Numbered from the stretch's first letter, positions 1 to 14,199 are shown. The stretch: DNA of 64,000 nt from Glaucostegus cemiculus (GCA_976551045.1 CDPCPM010000050.1:9052001-9116000), one strand, 5' to 3'. Program-made: numbers and translations. Notes: a model not told the origin generated them from the letters alone.

Positions 1-690
1 TTCTCAAATGACATCACAACATTTGCTACCAGTATCCTACTCGAAGCTCTATTTCCAGCCTAGATCACTGTGCATTCCCAGTATTAAAATATTTATACTT
101 TGCAGGGTGCATCTTTTTACCTCTTCTTCAATGTGATCCAATGCACATCTGACACAAGCCAGAGTCTGGCATTTGTTAATTTTGTACCTTACCCAGTGAC
201 ATCACAATCCTTTTATCTCCTTCTATGTCTCATTTAGAGTCATCAAATATCCCCATTTCTGGAAGTCCTCTCAACCCCTATTGAGGGAAAGACGTACAAG
301 TTGGTCATCCCAAAGAAAGTCGTTCAGCAGGGAAGTTATTGCTTCCAGGACCCATTCTCCTAATCACCTTAGAATCAAATATTATCCAAAATAAAAGATA
401 GACAGGCACAAAGTTAATGGAATGTGGAAAATAACCTTTGTTAGAAGGTGTCAATATCAAAGGCAATTAATTTGTGTAGCCCTACTTCATCCAATATCTA
501 GTATGTTCACTGAATTGATCTCTTGTAACTCATCTGTCAAGATGTTTTCGATAATACTCATCATATTCATCTGCCTTTCTTCTGTATCCTTCTCTTTAAG
601 AACTTCCTCTAAGTTGTTAGCAGGTATCACTAAATCAGCTATATTTAATGTTAGGTTAGTCAGTGAAGAAAACAGATGGGTGCTATGCCT
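1..690 (-). mobile_element. Decayed CR1-like LINE ORF2 fragment
   Basis: Minus strand shows degenerate RT N-terminal motifs (…W.VANV…F.K near 1-40; LDHIE.EE near 120-150). Confidence 0.4.
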
Positions 691-1679
691 CTCTTAAACA
701 AAAAGGCATTGCCTAATGTTCTGCTGTGTTATGTTTCCATAAAAATCATTTACCTATAAATAATTGGAGGTCAAATTGGTAATTTACTTAAAATATGACT
801 GACTATTTATAATGACATGAATCTATAGTTATCATCACAATATCTTTGAACCCACAGCATACAGAGGGAACAAGAATAAAAGGTCAAGGAAATTATGCCC
901 CAACAGCATCTTGTGGTAACAAGACATGAAAAGATCTTTCAATCTAAATAATGACATCATACCTCACAAACTGAAGTGCAGAAACCACATACACTGCCCT
1001 TCTAATGTGGTTCAGCAACTGCTCAGAAAACAAGAGTCAGTGGTGATGGTATTGAATTAAGTGACCCAAACTTAAGGGTGATGTCTGACCGAGATTTATT
1101 GCAATTTAACCAGTCGTTCAGACAATCCGACAAGGGCAAAAACTGCAGAAGGTGAGCACAATTTATCTTCAGCAGTGGTTAAGTTGCTCATCTGACTGAT
1201 GCTTTCTCCCTGTATTTTAATCTGTCTAATATAGAAAAGGTTAACAAAACTAAGCAATCCATCCAGAACTTATTCTTTTTCAGAAATAAATCTATTTTAA
1301 ATGAAAAGCTGCTGCATTTATCTATGAAGGTGTACAGTTTGATGTCAATCAGTTTTTACACCATGCCTAGTCCTTATTAGATTCTGCATGTACTGTAATA
1401 TGTTAAATTTGTACATCAGTCAATTAGCCATCAATCTGCTTGTAATATAGCAAAATTCTTATGTTTAGGTACTTGTTCATATTATTGTTAAAAGAGTGCC
1501 CGATGCCATTTTCCTTCTCCTGTATGCAACCAACTTTAAGGAAGGCCTGAAGAAACACACCAGATCTTCTGCCTTGGATCATTGCAGATGAGAGTAGCCC
1601 TGGATGATGGGGGATAGAGGTTGGTCAGGCAACATCACAAAGAAAGCCAGAAGAGAATTTTTGTGGGTGGCAACAAGGC

Positions 1680-2330
1680 AAGTGAATAAACAATAAATCG
1701 CAAGATATTAGGTGTCATATAGGAACAGAGGGGCCTTGCAGTGCATGTTCACAGATTTTTAAAGATAGCAGAACAAGGTGGTTTAAAAGTCATATGTTAA
1801 AAAGGATGTCTTCCTTTATTAGGCAAGGCATAGAATCCAAGTGCTGGAAGATTGTGCTAGATCTGTACATGAAATAGTAAAGCCACAGCTTGAGGACTGT
1901 TCTGATCAGCATATTACAGGAAAGCTGTAATTGCTCTACAAAACTACAGGAGAAGATTTACAAATGTGTTGCAAGACTGAAAAAAATTGGATGAGCTAAG
2001 TTGCTTTTCTCTCTAGGTTGGAACAGGGGAAGTTGAGGGGAGACTTAACTGCGGTGTATAAAATTATGACGGGATTAGTTAAAAGGAAGGATCTATTTTC
2101 CTTGGCAGGGGGATCAAAAAGAAGGGGGATAAGATTGAATATGATTGATAAAAGGATTAGGGGAGAAATGAGAGACAGAAATCTTCATCACATTTAAACT
2201 GTACTTGAACAGTCATAACCTGCAGTGATGCGGACCTGGTGCATGAAGGCAGGATTAGGCCAGATAGATATTTTTCCCGATTGTCACAGAGACAATGTCC
2301 CTCCACTTCATAAATTTTCCGTGATTGTAA
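1680..2330 (+). mobile_element. CR1-like LINE 3' fragment
   Basis: Degenerate ORF2 C-terminus (EQR.LG..VH, RPQLE.C, LRGDL..VYKIM.G) and CR1-type 3' UTR. Confidence 0.7.
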
Positions 2331-2359
2331 CAATAAGTGGGAATCTCATCAGAATTCTG

Positions 2360-3260
2360 AAGTACATATTCTCTCTAATGAAATGAGCACAGCGTATTTC
2401 ACAATGAGTTCATCAAGCTGCAACCAACTTGAAAAGTTTCATCATGCATCTGACAATGTAAAAGCCAAGCCACAAATATTGATTAGTGCATCAGCAGCAG
2501 AAAAGCAAATAGGGCATTTCAGGTTATTATCCTGATGAGTGATCATACAATCCAGGGGCACCAACTCGGGCTCAGAAATGATTCTACAGTAAACCTCTCC
2601 AGAGAATTTAAAACCAGTGATCTAGATATTGCACCGTGCCTTGAAGTACATGTTAAAGAAGTATTGTTCCGGGACCATGTCAGTTTTGCACAGTGCCTTG
2701 AAGCATATTTTTCTGAAGCAGCCCAGGCAACATGTAGGTACAAAAGACCTTACACAACTGAGTTTATGGAGGATGGTGATACTGGAAAAAATGAATTGGG
2801 GGTTGGATGGGGAGAAAATGATTGGTGGCATGGGGAGGCACCTTCTTCAAGATGACTGTAAGGTTGCAAGGAAGAAGGGGTTGGTGGTGGAGTTTACAAA
2901 CATCGAAGGCACTCACCTGGAAAGAGGTCCTGATATCGGTCAGTGTACGAATGGCCCCTTTAACCAACATCAAAGCAGGCATCAAGCCTCTCGTTATGCC
3001 CTCTTTTGCGGGCAATGCTCGAGGGTGACATCAAAAGTAGCAAATTACACCTCTGTGCGTCATACACGTGGTGGAGCTGGATCAAGTTTCAGCAGGTGTG
3101 CCACCAGTTCACAAGGTATTGGACCAAGTTCAGCAACCAGATTTAAACAAATCTATACTGCACAGTGCACAAAAACACTGCACTATGCTACAGCAATCCG
3201 AGGCCAAGCCAACATAAATGACATTATTCGTGGTTATTCTGATGAGAATCAATGGCATCA
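2360..3260 (+). mobile_element. Decayed hAT (Charlie/Buster-type) transposase remnant
   Basis: Motifs in the expected order across shifting frames: LSNE..QRI (~LSN.T..RRI), KEVLF (~EEFLFC), IGQCTNGP (~GVCTDGA), CVIHVVEL (~HC.IHR..L), KVLDQV, KTLHYATAIR (~LLYHTEVRW). Confidence 0.5.
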
Positions 3261-3426
3261 ACATGGGAAGTCCCTCTGCTCAATTAACATAATAAAAACT
3301 TCTTTTAACTCATTCTTTGGAAATGAGAGCATTTAAAAACGGAATCACAAGTGCGTGAGATGAAAGCATCACTGATGAAAGAACAACCTTTGCATTGGAA
3401 ATGAACAGAAAGCAGGACCAACATAC

Positions 3427-3580
3427 CCTTGACTTGAAAGCTAAGATAATTCTGGGCAGAATGAGGACCAGACATTTGAAACCAATTGTGATGTACTTCA
3501 GGACAAAGTCTGTGATTCCTGCAATCCAAAGCAAATCAAAGAAATCCATGCTTTCCACACTAGTCTTCAGAAATATCAAA
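3427..3580 (-). CDS. RNFT2: RNFT2 exon (154 nt): (S)LIFLKTSVESMDFFDLLWIAGITDFVLKYITIGFKCLVLILPRIILAFKSR; the gene continues beyond the left edge
   Basis: Within ORF 3310..3657(-); matches RNFT2 DFFDLLWI.GI.DFVLKYITI..KCL. Acceptor ttcttctcAG, donor |GTATGT. The downstream exons (GKFYL..., RING) were not found in 1-3426. Confidence 0.95.
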
Positions 3581-4229
3581 CTGAGAAGAAAAACAAAGCA
3601 CAAGGGCACATATAAAATATTTGCGTTATGAATACAAATACCATTATACTTAATCATGTGATTGATTTAGCAACAAAAGGCATAAATAAGAAGTAAACGT
3701 CCTGCATATGTTAAGTACAATAATTTGTGCATTGATGAGTCAAGTGAACAATGGAAATCCAAAGAGGAAGTAGGTAGAGAAGCATATTTTTAACATAAAA
3801 TAACAATCTCAGTCTGCCATACAGAGGATGTTTTGGCAGGGAAATCCTGCCTGATAACCACGGGTGCTGACATGTGACATGTCTCGCTAGATGACAACAT
3901 CTTGAATGATTCTGGGGATTCCCAATAACACTTTGGACATGCAGTTTTCAAATATTTAGAAATGTAATGTTATAGAGGAAGATTATTATTTTCTGTACAG
4001 GGATAGAAGCAAGTAACTTAAAGAAGCACAGCCTGAATTAAGTTAAAAGGCAGTATTTATTTTATTTTTATATTGATCACTGAGGTAAGATTGTTTGATA
4101 TTTGGTTCCTACATTGCTATATAATGTTGTGGTATGGTGGCCACATAAAATTTGAAGCCATGTTCCTACAGACTTGTATTCATTCTCACTTTTGCATCGT
4201 TCTGAATATCAGAACTCCCTTTCTCTGCA

Positions 4230-5300
4230 GCCAGTGGCTTTCATTCACAATACTGAGATGACCCTGACCAAAATCACAAAATCACTCATGATGATTTATA
4301 CCTCTCTGGGACATCTATCTTTTCTTGTCTTGCCTTTATGAATTAATTGGCTTCATAACATCTCCTTTGGATTCCACTCCTATCAATCCAAGTGCAGCTA
4401 TTATTACTCCAGCGATGGCCTCCCTTCCTATTGGAGTTGCCCAGAGTTCTCTCCTTGATTCTCTTCCCTAAAAGCTGCCTCCCGGCAAAAATGACATCAG
4501 CTTTTACAACTCCACTGATGTCATTCCTGCTCAACTCTGGAAACTGCTGTATTGCAAGGTTGTCTGTCTGATTTCATCATGGATGAACCACTGCTTCCGA
4601 CAACTAAAGCCTGCAAACTTTGCCTCCTTACCACTGTGCGATTTCTCTCTCTAGCCATATGTAAAAACTGAATGATAATGTGTAAACTCTTGCATTTTTT
4701 TGTCCTTTATTGACACTTTGAGCTCCCAAATCCACTTTCCACCAGAAAATTTGTCTTTTTACTCCTTTACTTCAATCCTCCTTTACTTCTATGGTTTTTA
4801 ATCACAGACGAGATTAATTGATCTTATGTCTCTGATCCTGTGAAATTCAACAGGAGAAGTGTAGTTCCACATGTGCTGACCAGCGACAGTCTCATTTTCC
4901 AATTATTCCTCTTCACATTGGCTCTGTGCACCTCAAAACAAATAAGTTCTTCTTCAAAGTGCTCATGAACTTGTTAAACAAATTCTGCAACCACCCTCAG
5001 CCTTAGTTCCCCTCCCCCAACACCATGAATATGTTGGTTGCCCTCCTGAAAAAAAAACCTTGATTCTTTCCCTTCAGCTTTCATGTGCTCCATTATCCCT
5101 TCAAATCTGCATATTGGCAGAACCTTCAGCTAGCATGGTCTTAGCTCCTCAGAAACCACCCACCTCTCCCCCCCACCCCCACCTCTCAACAGTTTCCATC
5201 CTTTAAAATTCTTCTCAGTACCCATGTGTTCGACCAATCTTATGCTCACTGTGCTGATTTTGGCTTCTGTTCATATTACTGTATGAAATGCCACAGGACT
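4230..5300 (+). mobile_element. Old L2-like LINE 3' fragment
   Basis: Degenerate GV.Q.S.L..LLF and CL.DI..WM...FLQLN-type coding remnants followed by an L2-like pyrimidine-rich tail. Confidence 0.5.
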
Positions 5301-6439
5301 ACCAACCAGCAGGCTCACAAATTGAATACATCATCAAATAAGTAGCAAGGGTAAATAGGGTGATAGTATTTGGGCTTCAATGATAAGATTTCCTGTCCTT
5401 GACACATCTTCCAATTTGAGAATTCTGCATTAAAGGAAATCTCTTTTGTCACTGGCACTGGATCAAAACAATAAAAAGAAATATAGCATGCCGGCTGTTC
5501 ACCAATTAGTTGGACATGAGAAATGTTTCCTTGGTCGTCATTAAGGCTATTCAAAAATCATGATGTAAATTGGGACTATACTTAGCCATCACACAGAGCA
5601 GTCAAAAAATTAAAAAAGATTACAGTTAAGAATCAAATAATGGAAACAAAATTAAATACTCACATTGCATGAGAGATTCAGATTAACACAACACTTGCCT
5701 CAACTAATGTTCAAAAATATGACTGAACAAATGAAACCTATAAAACAAACCAATGTTAAAACAAATGACACTTTGCAAACTATGCAGGGGTAAAATAAAG
5801 ACCAAAATAATTGCATGAAAACATAATTCAAAGAAAAGAATTAACATAAGTTTGTACTGTAATCAATTCACAATCACTGATGTAAAGGAATGTAATATTT
5901 ACATAACTAGCTAGGTTTCATATTACTTTTTTATACCCTCAATATTTTTACAGGTTTTGTTCTTATTAAAGGGCAAATATACACAGTAGGAAATAAGTCA
6001 CGCTAAGAAAATTCCAACAAATCTGTAAACATTAAAGAATAGGCTCTCTAAATAATACCAGTTCTTATATCAGCTATCCTCTAACTATAAATTCCAAATG
6101 TTGATAGATTTCATTTGCACTGGTCTCATCTCAGTTAAGATTACTTAATTACACTTCACTTAAGGCTTTCAGTTTGGATTTATACAACGACTGGTTTTGT
6201 TTCATACTTGGTTACAACAACGTTGTGCAATTAAGGTTCCTACTGATATAAAACAACAGCAAGGGATTCTCCCCCGCCCACTTCTGGAAAAAAAGATAGG
6301 TCCTATTAACCATGGAGAAGACAGTGAACCATAGGATACTGTCATAAAGCTGCTCAGCAATTTTGCCTGCAATCATAGAACAAAGGCAGCAATTTAGTTA
6401 CCTATGGCAGAATCAGCTCTGAAACAACCATCCAATTTC

Positions 6440-9260
6440 ACAGAATCATATAATGTTTACAGCACAGGAGGAGGCCACTTGTCTGCACTACCTCTCCGCC
6501 AGGGCAACTCATAGTTATAGAGTAATACTGCACGGAAACAGGCCCTTCTGCCCAGCTCGTCCATGCCGACCAAGGTGCCAACCTCAGGAAACTCCTTTTG
6601 CCCATGTTGGCCTGTATCCCTCTAAACTCACTAAGTTCCCCCTCTTACCCTTTCTCTGTAACCTTGCAAATTCTTTCTCACTATCCATTTATCCACTACC
6701 CTCTGGAAGGCCACAGTGGAACCTGTTTCCACTAGATTGGCAGGCAATGCATTCAGGTTACAATCACACACTGCATAAGCAAGTTTTTCCTCATGTCATT
6801 CTTAATTCTCTATCCCTTTACTTTATATCTGTATCCTCTGGTCCTCAACTGGTCCATCAAAGGAAATAACCTCCCACTATCCTCTATGTTCATGCCACTC
6901 ATTATTTAACATACTTCTATCAAATCTCCCTCAGCCTTCTCTTCTCTCAAGAAAATAGTCCCAGCCTCTAATCTAAGATTCAGGAGGACAATTAGGCCAT
7001 TCAGCCCAATATCCTTGCAACCATGGTCCTTATCCCAGGAACCACTGTTGTAAACGTTTTCTGGACTGTCTCTCTAACACCCTCAAATACTTGCTATAAT
7101 GTGGCAAACAGAACTGAACACCATACTCTATTTGAGGCTGGACCAGTGTTTCATGAAGCATACTTACCTGCTCTTACACTCAATGCCTCTACTGAAAAAG
7201 CCCACATTCACGTAATCTCATTAAACACTTTCTTAACCTGCCCTGCCATTTTCAATGATTGTGCACACATCCCTCTTGGGCCCCCTGCTCCTGCACCCCT
7301 TTTACAAGAGCATTCTTTATTCGATATTGTCTCTCCTCATTCTTCTAACCAAAATGCATCACCTCAAATCTCTCCACATTAAATTTCGTCTGCATGTGTC
7401 TGCCCATTCCATTAGCCTGCTGCAATCTATCATCATCCTCTTTGCAGTTGACAATACTGTCAAGTTTTGTGTCATCTACAAATTTAGAAATTGTGGCTGG
7501 CATCCCCAGTTTAAGTCATTAATATCGATCAAAAAAAGCAATTGCCTCAACACCAATTCCCTGGAAATGTCACTATTCACCTTTCTCTAGTCTGAAAAAT
7601 AACTAATCACCATGACCCTTGTTGTCTACTACTTAGCCAATCTCTTACCCATGTTATCGATGTCCCCTTCATGCCATGTGCTTCAATGTTGCCTGATATA
7701 CTACACTTTATCAGAAGTCTTCTGGAGGTTCACACACTCCAGATTGACCGCACTACCCTCATTAACTCTGTTAGCTCATCAAAAAATTCAATTAAATTGG
7801 TTAAATACAATCTGCCATTCAGAAATCTGAGATATCTTGTCATATTTTATCCATTTTCCCCTAGATGACTATTAATCCTGTACCGGATCGATGCTTCCAA
7901 AAGCATTCCCCACCATCAAGGTTAAACTGACTGGACTGCAGCTGCTGACTTGCACTCCTCTGCCTTTCTCTGTTGCTCTCAAACATCTCCATTCCAAGTA
8001 TTTACTTAATTTCTTTTTGAAGCTTCTCTTTTTCTGCACTGTGGAATCCATTCCAGATTATAGTCACTCCTTGTGTGTTTTCATTTTTTTTTCACTTCAC
8101 TTGGTTCTCTTGTCAATTCTCTGTCATTGGAAACAGTATCTCCTTATTTACGCTACATCTCCTATCAAATCATTTGTTAACATTGTCTAGCTTAAGGAGG
8201 ACCATTCCTCTATCTGTAGTTTCACCACCTGATTGAAACTTTTCATCTCGGATACCATTTTTAAAAACCTGACACCTTCACAAAGGTGATAACATCCTTG
8301 TTAAAGTGATACAAAACTACAGCTATGATTTAACTTATATATCATAAAGATTCACTGTAAATTCCTTGCTTTTGCACTCTAGACCTCCATACTTGTCAAG
8401 CTTACTCTTAAATAGCCTTCTCAACTTGTCTTGCCATCTTCAAAGACACGTATGCAACCCCAGCTGCATTCTGAACTCTTGAGCAGCTTTGTCCTGTCCT
8501 TCATACTGTACAATGTAGTTTATATTTGCCTCACCTCACTTTTTCCCATCAGTTTGAAACATTTTCCACTTTTCAATGTTGGAAGTTCCTATGTCTTCTG
8601 ATTCATTTTCCTGTTTGCTGTGGTCATCTGAGTTTTGTTTCATCTGTAAATGTTAAAATTATGTGCTGTATACTGTGAAACTAATGTCTAAGTCATTAAA
8701 TAAAAGGAAATAAAGCAGTGGCCCCAACCTAAATACTGACAACATCAGTATGTAGGTCTCTCCACTACAAAAACAACCATTCACCACTGCTTCCTGTTCT
8801 GCTTTCTGTCTCTCAGTCCATTTCATACCTCAGACACTGCCCTTGTAACACAACAGGCTTCTATGTTACTACAAATCTATCCAACACATTTGAGTTGTCC
8901 ATTTACACTATCTTCATTGTTTCTTCTTTACCTCAAAGGGCTTTATCAAGTTTGTCATGCACAATTTGCTTTTAACAGATCTGTTCTGGTTTTCATAAGT
9001 TAACCCATGCTTTACCAAGAACCAATTTATCCTGGAATACATATTAAAAATTTCCCACCACTGATGTTATGGTGACTTCCTGGGAGTTGCCAAGTTTATG
9101 CAGCTCCTTGTTCTTAAATAGTAATGTACATTTAAAATCCTCTGGTCCTCCTGTGTGCAAGGAGGTCTGACAAAACTGCAAGCTCACTGTCTGCAATTTC
9201 CACATTTACTTCTTTAGTAATATTGACAATGCATTGCATCTCAGTCCAATGAGTTTTCTG
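6440..9260 (-). mobile_element. Cluster of nested CR1-like LINE fragments (several 3' tails plus RT segments)
   Basis: Repeated reverse-complement CR1 tails (catagaa..acagcacaggaggaggcc; ggaaacaggcccttc.gccca) and RT segments (aagttttgtgtcatctacaaattt = K.FADDTKL on minus; aggttaaactgactgg = PVSLT). Confidence 0.75.
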
Positions 9261-9731
9261 TTACCATCACTATTCTACCTGTTAGTACCTCCTACTTTTT
9301 TATTTATTCTATCTAATGAATTATGAATTTACTTTTTGATAAATGGATAAACAATAATTGAATGTGGATCAATACTCCTGTCTCTGTTTGCAGTGATGCA
9401 GAATTCAAACTGCAAACAAAGCAGTTATGCTTTGGAGAGTATTAAGCTCAGTAGTTTCGTTACTTTAGGAAAATTTACCTGCCACTCTTATATTATCCAA
9501 TGTTTACATGATTCTAGTCCTACACCAATATGGCAATAAGTGAATAATAAACAAGGCTCAGGGTATCTAAGAATGGACAATAAATGTCAGACCTACAAGT
9601 GCAATTCGAACCTTGAAAATTAATTCTTAAAAGCAAAACCTCTCAAGCACAAATAAGATTCCAATAAGCTTCGAAATAATAAATTTTTATAAACAGCATT
9701 TTACAGAAAGCGTAACACTTAAACAACTTAC

Positions 9732-9832
9732 CTCTTATAGAGCTCTTGGGCACTGAAGGTATAATACAAAAACAGTGTGTTCCCTGTGAGGAACACCAGT
9801 ATCCACAGGGTTGTAAGTACTGATCTTTTTTC
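9732..9832 (-). CDS. RNFT2: RNFT2 exon (101 nt): EKRSVLTTLWILVFLTGNTLFLYYTFSAQELYK(S)
   Basis: Transmembrane segment matching RNFT2 EKRSVL..LWIL.FL.GNTL...YTFS.Q.LY. Acceptor cttaacAG, donor AG|GTAAGT; phase 0 to 2. Confidence 0.94.
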
Positions 9833-10039
9833 CTGTTAAGAAAAATTAACAGTCACATTAAAAACAATGATTTTTTATTAAAAAGAGCTCGAGAGGCTCT
9901 TTTATTTTTTTCTCTCCAAGGATTCTTTTTTACCTTTAGCAGGCTTGCAAACAATAGTTATATATCGCATTTTGAACAATGTAAAGCTGAATCTGCATTT
10001 AAATGGCATTTTTAAAAAGAACCATCATCAAAAATTGTA

Positions 10040-10815
10040 TGCTGGGCTAAAGAAGATATCAAACTGAAATGTAAGGTCATCTTAAATGTGAAATAGTGGG
10101 TGAAGAGAAACAAGGTTTACAATGGAAATGTAAGACATGGAACATTGGTGGCTGAAGTTAAGCACAGCAGAGATACAGGCTGGAGGAATAATGAGGTGGA
10201 AGATGTGGAGGGAAATTAGAATCAGAGGAAATGTCAAAATAGGAGGAAGAATATGACAAAGGGACTTAAATATGAGCTGAGATTTTTTTTAACTTGAGGA
10301 ATTGAAAGCAATGTAGGTTAACAAGAACAGCAGGACAGAATTTGACATGCGGTAGGTTCAGATTTGATAAAGTTGACATGTGAAGGAAAGAAGGCCAGGT
10401 CATTTGCATTGTACTGTGGAATATTGTGTTGCTAAAAGTATGATTAAGGGTTTCAGTAGTAAATAAATTGGAGGCAACACCTCTCTGGTCAATGATGTTC
10501 TTTGCATTAAACAGATGACGCCAAAAATTAGGAACAGTGAATATTGACACTGCTGACAGTCTTATACAACCTCATACAGTGCGTAAGGAGAGATGGAATC
10601 TGTAACAAGCAAGTGGAGTTTCTGCCTAACACTTAGCTGCAGGGAATACCGAATCATCCAAGCCTAGATGCCCAACAATACAGAAGCACTTGAAAAGTGG
10701 AGAGAGAGAGGTGGACAGTTGGAGCTGGATACTGTCAGTGTACATGTGCAAATCAGATCACAAAAGGGCAGGGAGTTACAGGGGTTAGGCCAAGGATACA
10801 TCTCTGGGGTGGATG
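10040..10815 (-). mobile_element. Old L2-like LINE fragment
   Basis: Minus strand has a YADD-like HMYTDSIQL (10725-10745) preceded by a degenerate GVPQGS.LGP region. Confidence 0.5.
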
Positions 10816-11499
10816 CAGGTGGCAATGGATTGAGTGTGTGAAAATAAAATCCATGTCATTGGATACTAAAATAAAACTAAATTCAATTTTTATAGGCAGA
10901 AGTGGACTCATAAGCAGAGTAGCAGTCAACTGTCATTCAATCCTTTTAACATCATTAGTCAGCTCTTTAGATTAATTGGAAAGTGCAATACATGATTAGT
11001 GCAACATGGCAAAAGCATTGAATGACATTCCATTTTATATATATAAAATTACTTAAGAATAATTAAAATACAGTGAGGTCACTCAGGACTCCAAATGTGA
11101 GAAAAAAATCCTGAACTGATTTATAAAAGTGATGTCAACAGGGAAGGCAAGATTGCTTCACTGCAAAGTACGCTGTAATATCTATTTTTATAAATCAATG
11201 TAAAGCAATGTTACTGTCTTTTACTCATTTTTAAAATCAGAATAGCACCAAAGAAACCTCAGTTTCTATGATCTTTTATGCAGTTGGTCTGTGATAATGT
11301 CAATTATTAAAGGATTCATCATTAGTTTAAAATTACCACGAGGTTCTGAATTAATAAATCAATAAAGAATTAATAGAAAGTAACACTGTCAAATGATCAA
11401 GTTTCTTCCTCAGCAAAATGTTAGAAGTAGGATTTCTGAACAGAATGTGAACTGTAATAACCTATGTGATTAGATACAGACCCAACCGGTGCCAAATTA

Positions 11500-11760
11500 G
11501 TTGATGTCATGCTGTGTGGCTACAAATGAGAGGAGGAATAGGCAAGGTTCCCACTCTTGATAGCTATCCAGTGGTCCTGCTGGAAACTGCTTGTGTGGAT
11601 GTTGATTGAGGACAGAGTGGACTCAGTTGTTGCACTTTCCGAAAGATGAACAGCTTGTCAAGACTTACTGCATTGGCTCAGATAAGGACTGCAATTTGGG
11701 TAAGCTACTGAAAGGAAGCCAGCCTTAACACAACCTTACCCCAGGCGGAATAAAGTGTCA
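11500..11760 (+). mobile_element. Ancient SINE-like interspersed repeat (family also at ~56810-56950 and ~59520-59730)
   Basis: Shared core ..gcta.tccagtg..cctgctggaaa.t......gtg..gtt..tgaggacag.at/gt seen at both 11560-11620 and 59600-59665. Confidence 0.5.
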
Positions 11761-12251
11761 AAATTTAGCTGCAGTCAAGTAATAAATATAATGGCAGTCT
11801 GGTAATAAATCATAAAAAGGATAAAAGTTGAATCTAATGCAGTTTTTCAAATGTACAGAGTAAAGACTGTCAAGTGTATTCATTTCCAGCTTATATTGGT
11901 TCACAATCTATCTCAAGTGTATTCACTTTCAACTTATCCTGGTTCACAGTACATCCCACTATATTTACATAAAAGCAACTAATCTGAGGAACCTTAAGGT
12001 TTAGAGCAGCATGAAAGATATATATCTTTATAATTATTTCCTCACTTTCACTTGATACAAAAGTGTATAAAGAATGAATGTAAAGCAACCTATGCTATTT
12101 TATTCTTCAAATACAGAACAACAGGGCACAGAAGGCAAAGAGTGAAAACTAAAAGGAATTAGAACATGCTTTTGGGGGGATTTTTAAAAAAATCTATCTT
12201 ACTGAAGGGGGGGCAAAGAAAAGAAGATGCTATTAAGTATAAAATACTTAC

Positions 12252-12328
12252 TCTTAAAGAAACTTGGTGTTTGACTGTTAAATTTGCATAAGCAAAAGTA
12301 CTAGCCATTCCAATGCACACAGCAATAC
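12252..12328 (-). CDS. RNFT2: RNFT2 exon (77 nt): (G)IAVCIGMASTFAYANLTVKHQVSLR
   Basis: Translation matches RNFT2 GIAVCIGMASTFAYAN..L..QVSL(K/R). Acceptor acAG, donor |GTAAGT; phase 1 to 0. Confidence 0.94.
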
Positions 12329-13169
12329 CTGTATTGAATGCAAAAAAAAACAGTTGTATGTAGTTTCAAGATTTAAACATGTTTCAGGATATTGTCCCTC
12401 CCAATCTTCCAAAGTGATACCCTTCATAAATATCTGAGATAACAGGTAAAGTCCAATTCCATTGTCAACATCCCAAGTATCACACAAATTAGAATCAGTT
12501 ACTTATCCACTGAATTCAGGATATTCTGAGCATTGCTTAACCCCAGGTGTGCTACTTGGCAGTATCTTTTCAAAGGCAAAATGCACAAGCCTCCTAATCA
12601 GGATAATGATCATCTCATTTGAAGGACAGTTGTAGATTACTTATAATTGGTATCTCTGGGAACATTCCCAAACATAGCTGCAATGTGATGGTGATACTGA
12701 ACTGCCAGAACCAGTTGCTGAAGTGACAGTTGCTTGATCGATTAGTGCTATGACCTGAATAATACATAGCATGACAAATAATGAGAGATCTCTCAGTTTC
12801 AAACGACATGCTTTTGCATATCCATGCAGCTTTCTGACTATATGTGAATAAAGCCAGTTTGAAAGATAGTTTCATTACAAACATCACAAAGCAGTCCCGA
12901 TAATAGAAATGTTGGAAATATTCAGCATGTCAGACAATAACTATACTACAAGAAATAGAATTAACCCCTCAAATCAATAAGCTTTCATTACAACCAGCCA
13001 ATCTAATATTTTATGTGCGATTTAAAAAGAATGCCTAACTTCCTTGGATGTTGAAAAGGTAAACTCAGATAACATCAATCCAAATAGAGGGGAAAGAAAA
13101 GTGATTTTGCAAAGAAGTTAGTTATTCCTTGTTTCTATTTTGTTAAACTGCATAATGGAGGCAGCTAGG

Positions 13170-13700
13170 GACCTGATATTGTGTGAAATTTATTTAAAAA
13201 ATTGATAAGACTACTTTTCTGGTCACCACACTATTTGGTGATTGCATTTGAGAGGGTACAGGAGATTCATTAATGTGCTGCCTGAGGTGGAGGTTTTCAG
13301 TCATAAGCAATTGAATAAATTGAGTTTGTTGTCCTTGGAGCAGAGGAAGCTGAGGGGTTATCTGACAGAGGTACCCACAATTATGAGAATAGATAGAGCA
13401 GATAGTAGGAAACCTGTCCCATCTAAAACTAGAAGTCACAGATTTAGGGTAAAGGCAAGAGGTTTAGAGGGGGATCTAAGAAAGAACTTTATTATTCAGA
13501 AGGTGGTTGGAATCTTGAGGCAGGTCCTCTCACAACATTGAAGAAATATCTAGACAGGCACTTGAATTGCCAAGGCAAAGAAAACAATGGACCATGAGCT
13601 GGTTAAAGGGATTGATGTGGAGAGGTACTTGACAGTCAGCATGGATAAAGTGGGCTGAAGAGCCTATTTCAATGCAGTATGACTGTCACTCTGTAAGAGT
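13170..13700 (+). mobile_element. CR1-like LINE 3' end
   Basis: ORF 13242..13541 (RRFINVLP..LSLEQRKLRG.L.EV..IMR.DRAD..KTRSHRFRV) plus CR1 3' UTR (gggctgaagagcctatttc..). Confidence 0.85.
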
Positions 13701-14199
13701 CTAATGTAGTGCTAGTAATTATAAGCATGCCACCTACTATAATGCCTCAGGTTACAAACAGAACTGACCTAAATGTTACAAATGGGTGAGTGGAGTACAA
13801 AATGCCTATGTTTTATTTTAAGCAGTAATATTGTGCCGTATTGTGTTCACCTGCAACCACCAGCTATTCCTCTACAATGGGCAATCTGATTCTCATTTTT
13901 CATTTTCACAACCGCGCACTGAAATGCATAAGTTAGAGGTGTGTCCAGTGGTACAGAACCGATGTTTTGAATCAAGGGACTGACTGCACTTTGCATCTGG
14001 CCCCTTAGCTTTATCCCAGCCATTTGACCTTGCTTGAATTTTATGTTAATCTTAGTATCGTATTGAAATCTTAATTAATTTCTAAGTCTTTAAAGTGTTT
14101 TTATTACATTTATTTACATTTAAATAGCTGAATTGTTTTTAAATGTTCCTGATTATCAGACATTTAAGAAAAGTTTATTGGCCTTTGGCAGCAGTGAGG

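Noticed and set aside
2629-3336. 235-aa ORF as a novel gene
   Set aside because: It is better explained as a frameshifted hAT remnant, with no splice or promoter support.
1-3426. Remaining RNFT2 exons including the RING domain
   Set aside because: I searched by eye for GKFYL.., SFD.. and C3HC4 exons and found none; they are presumably outside the window.
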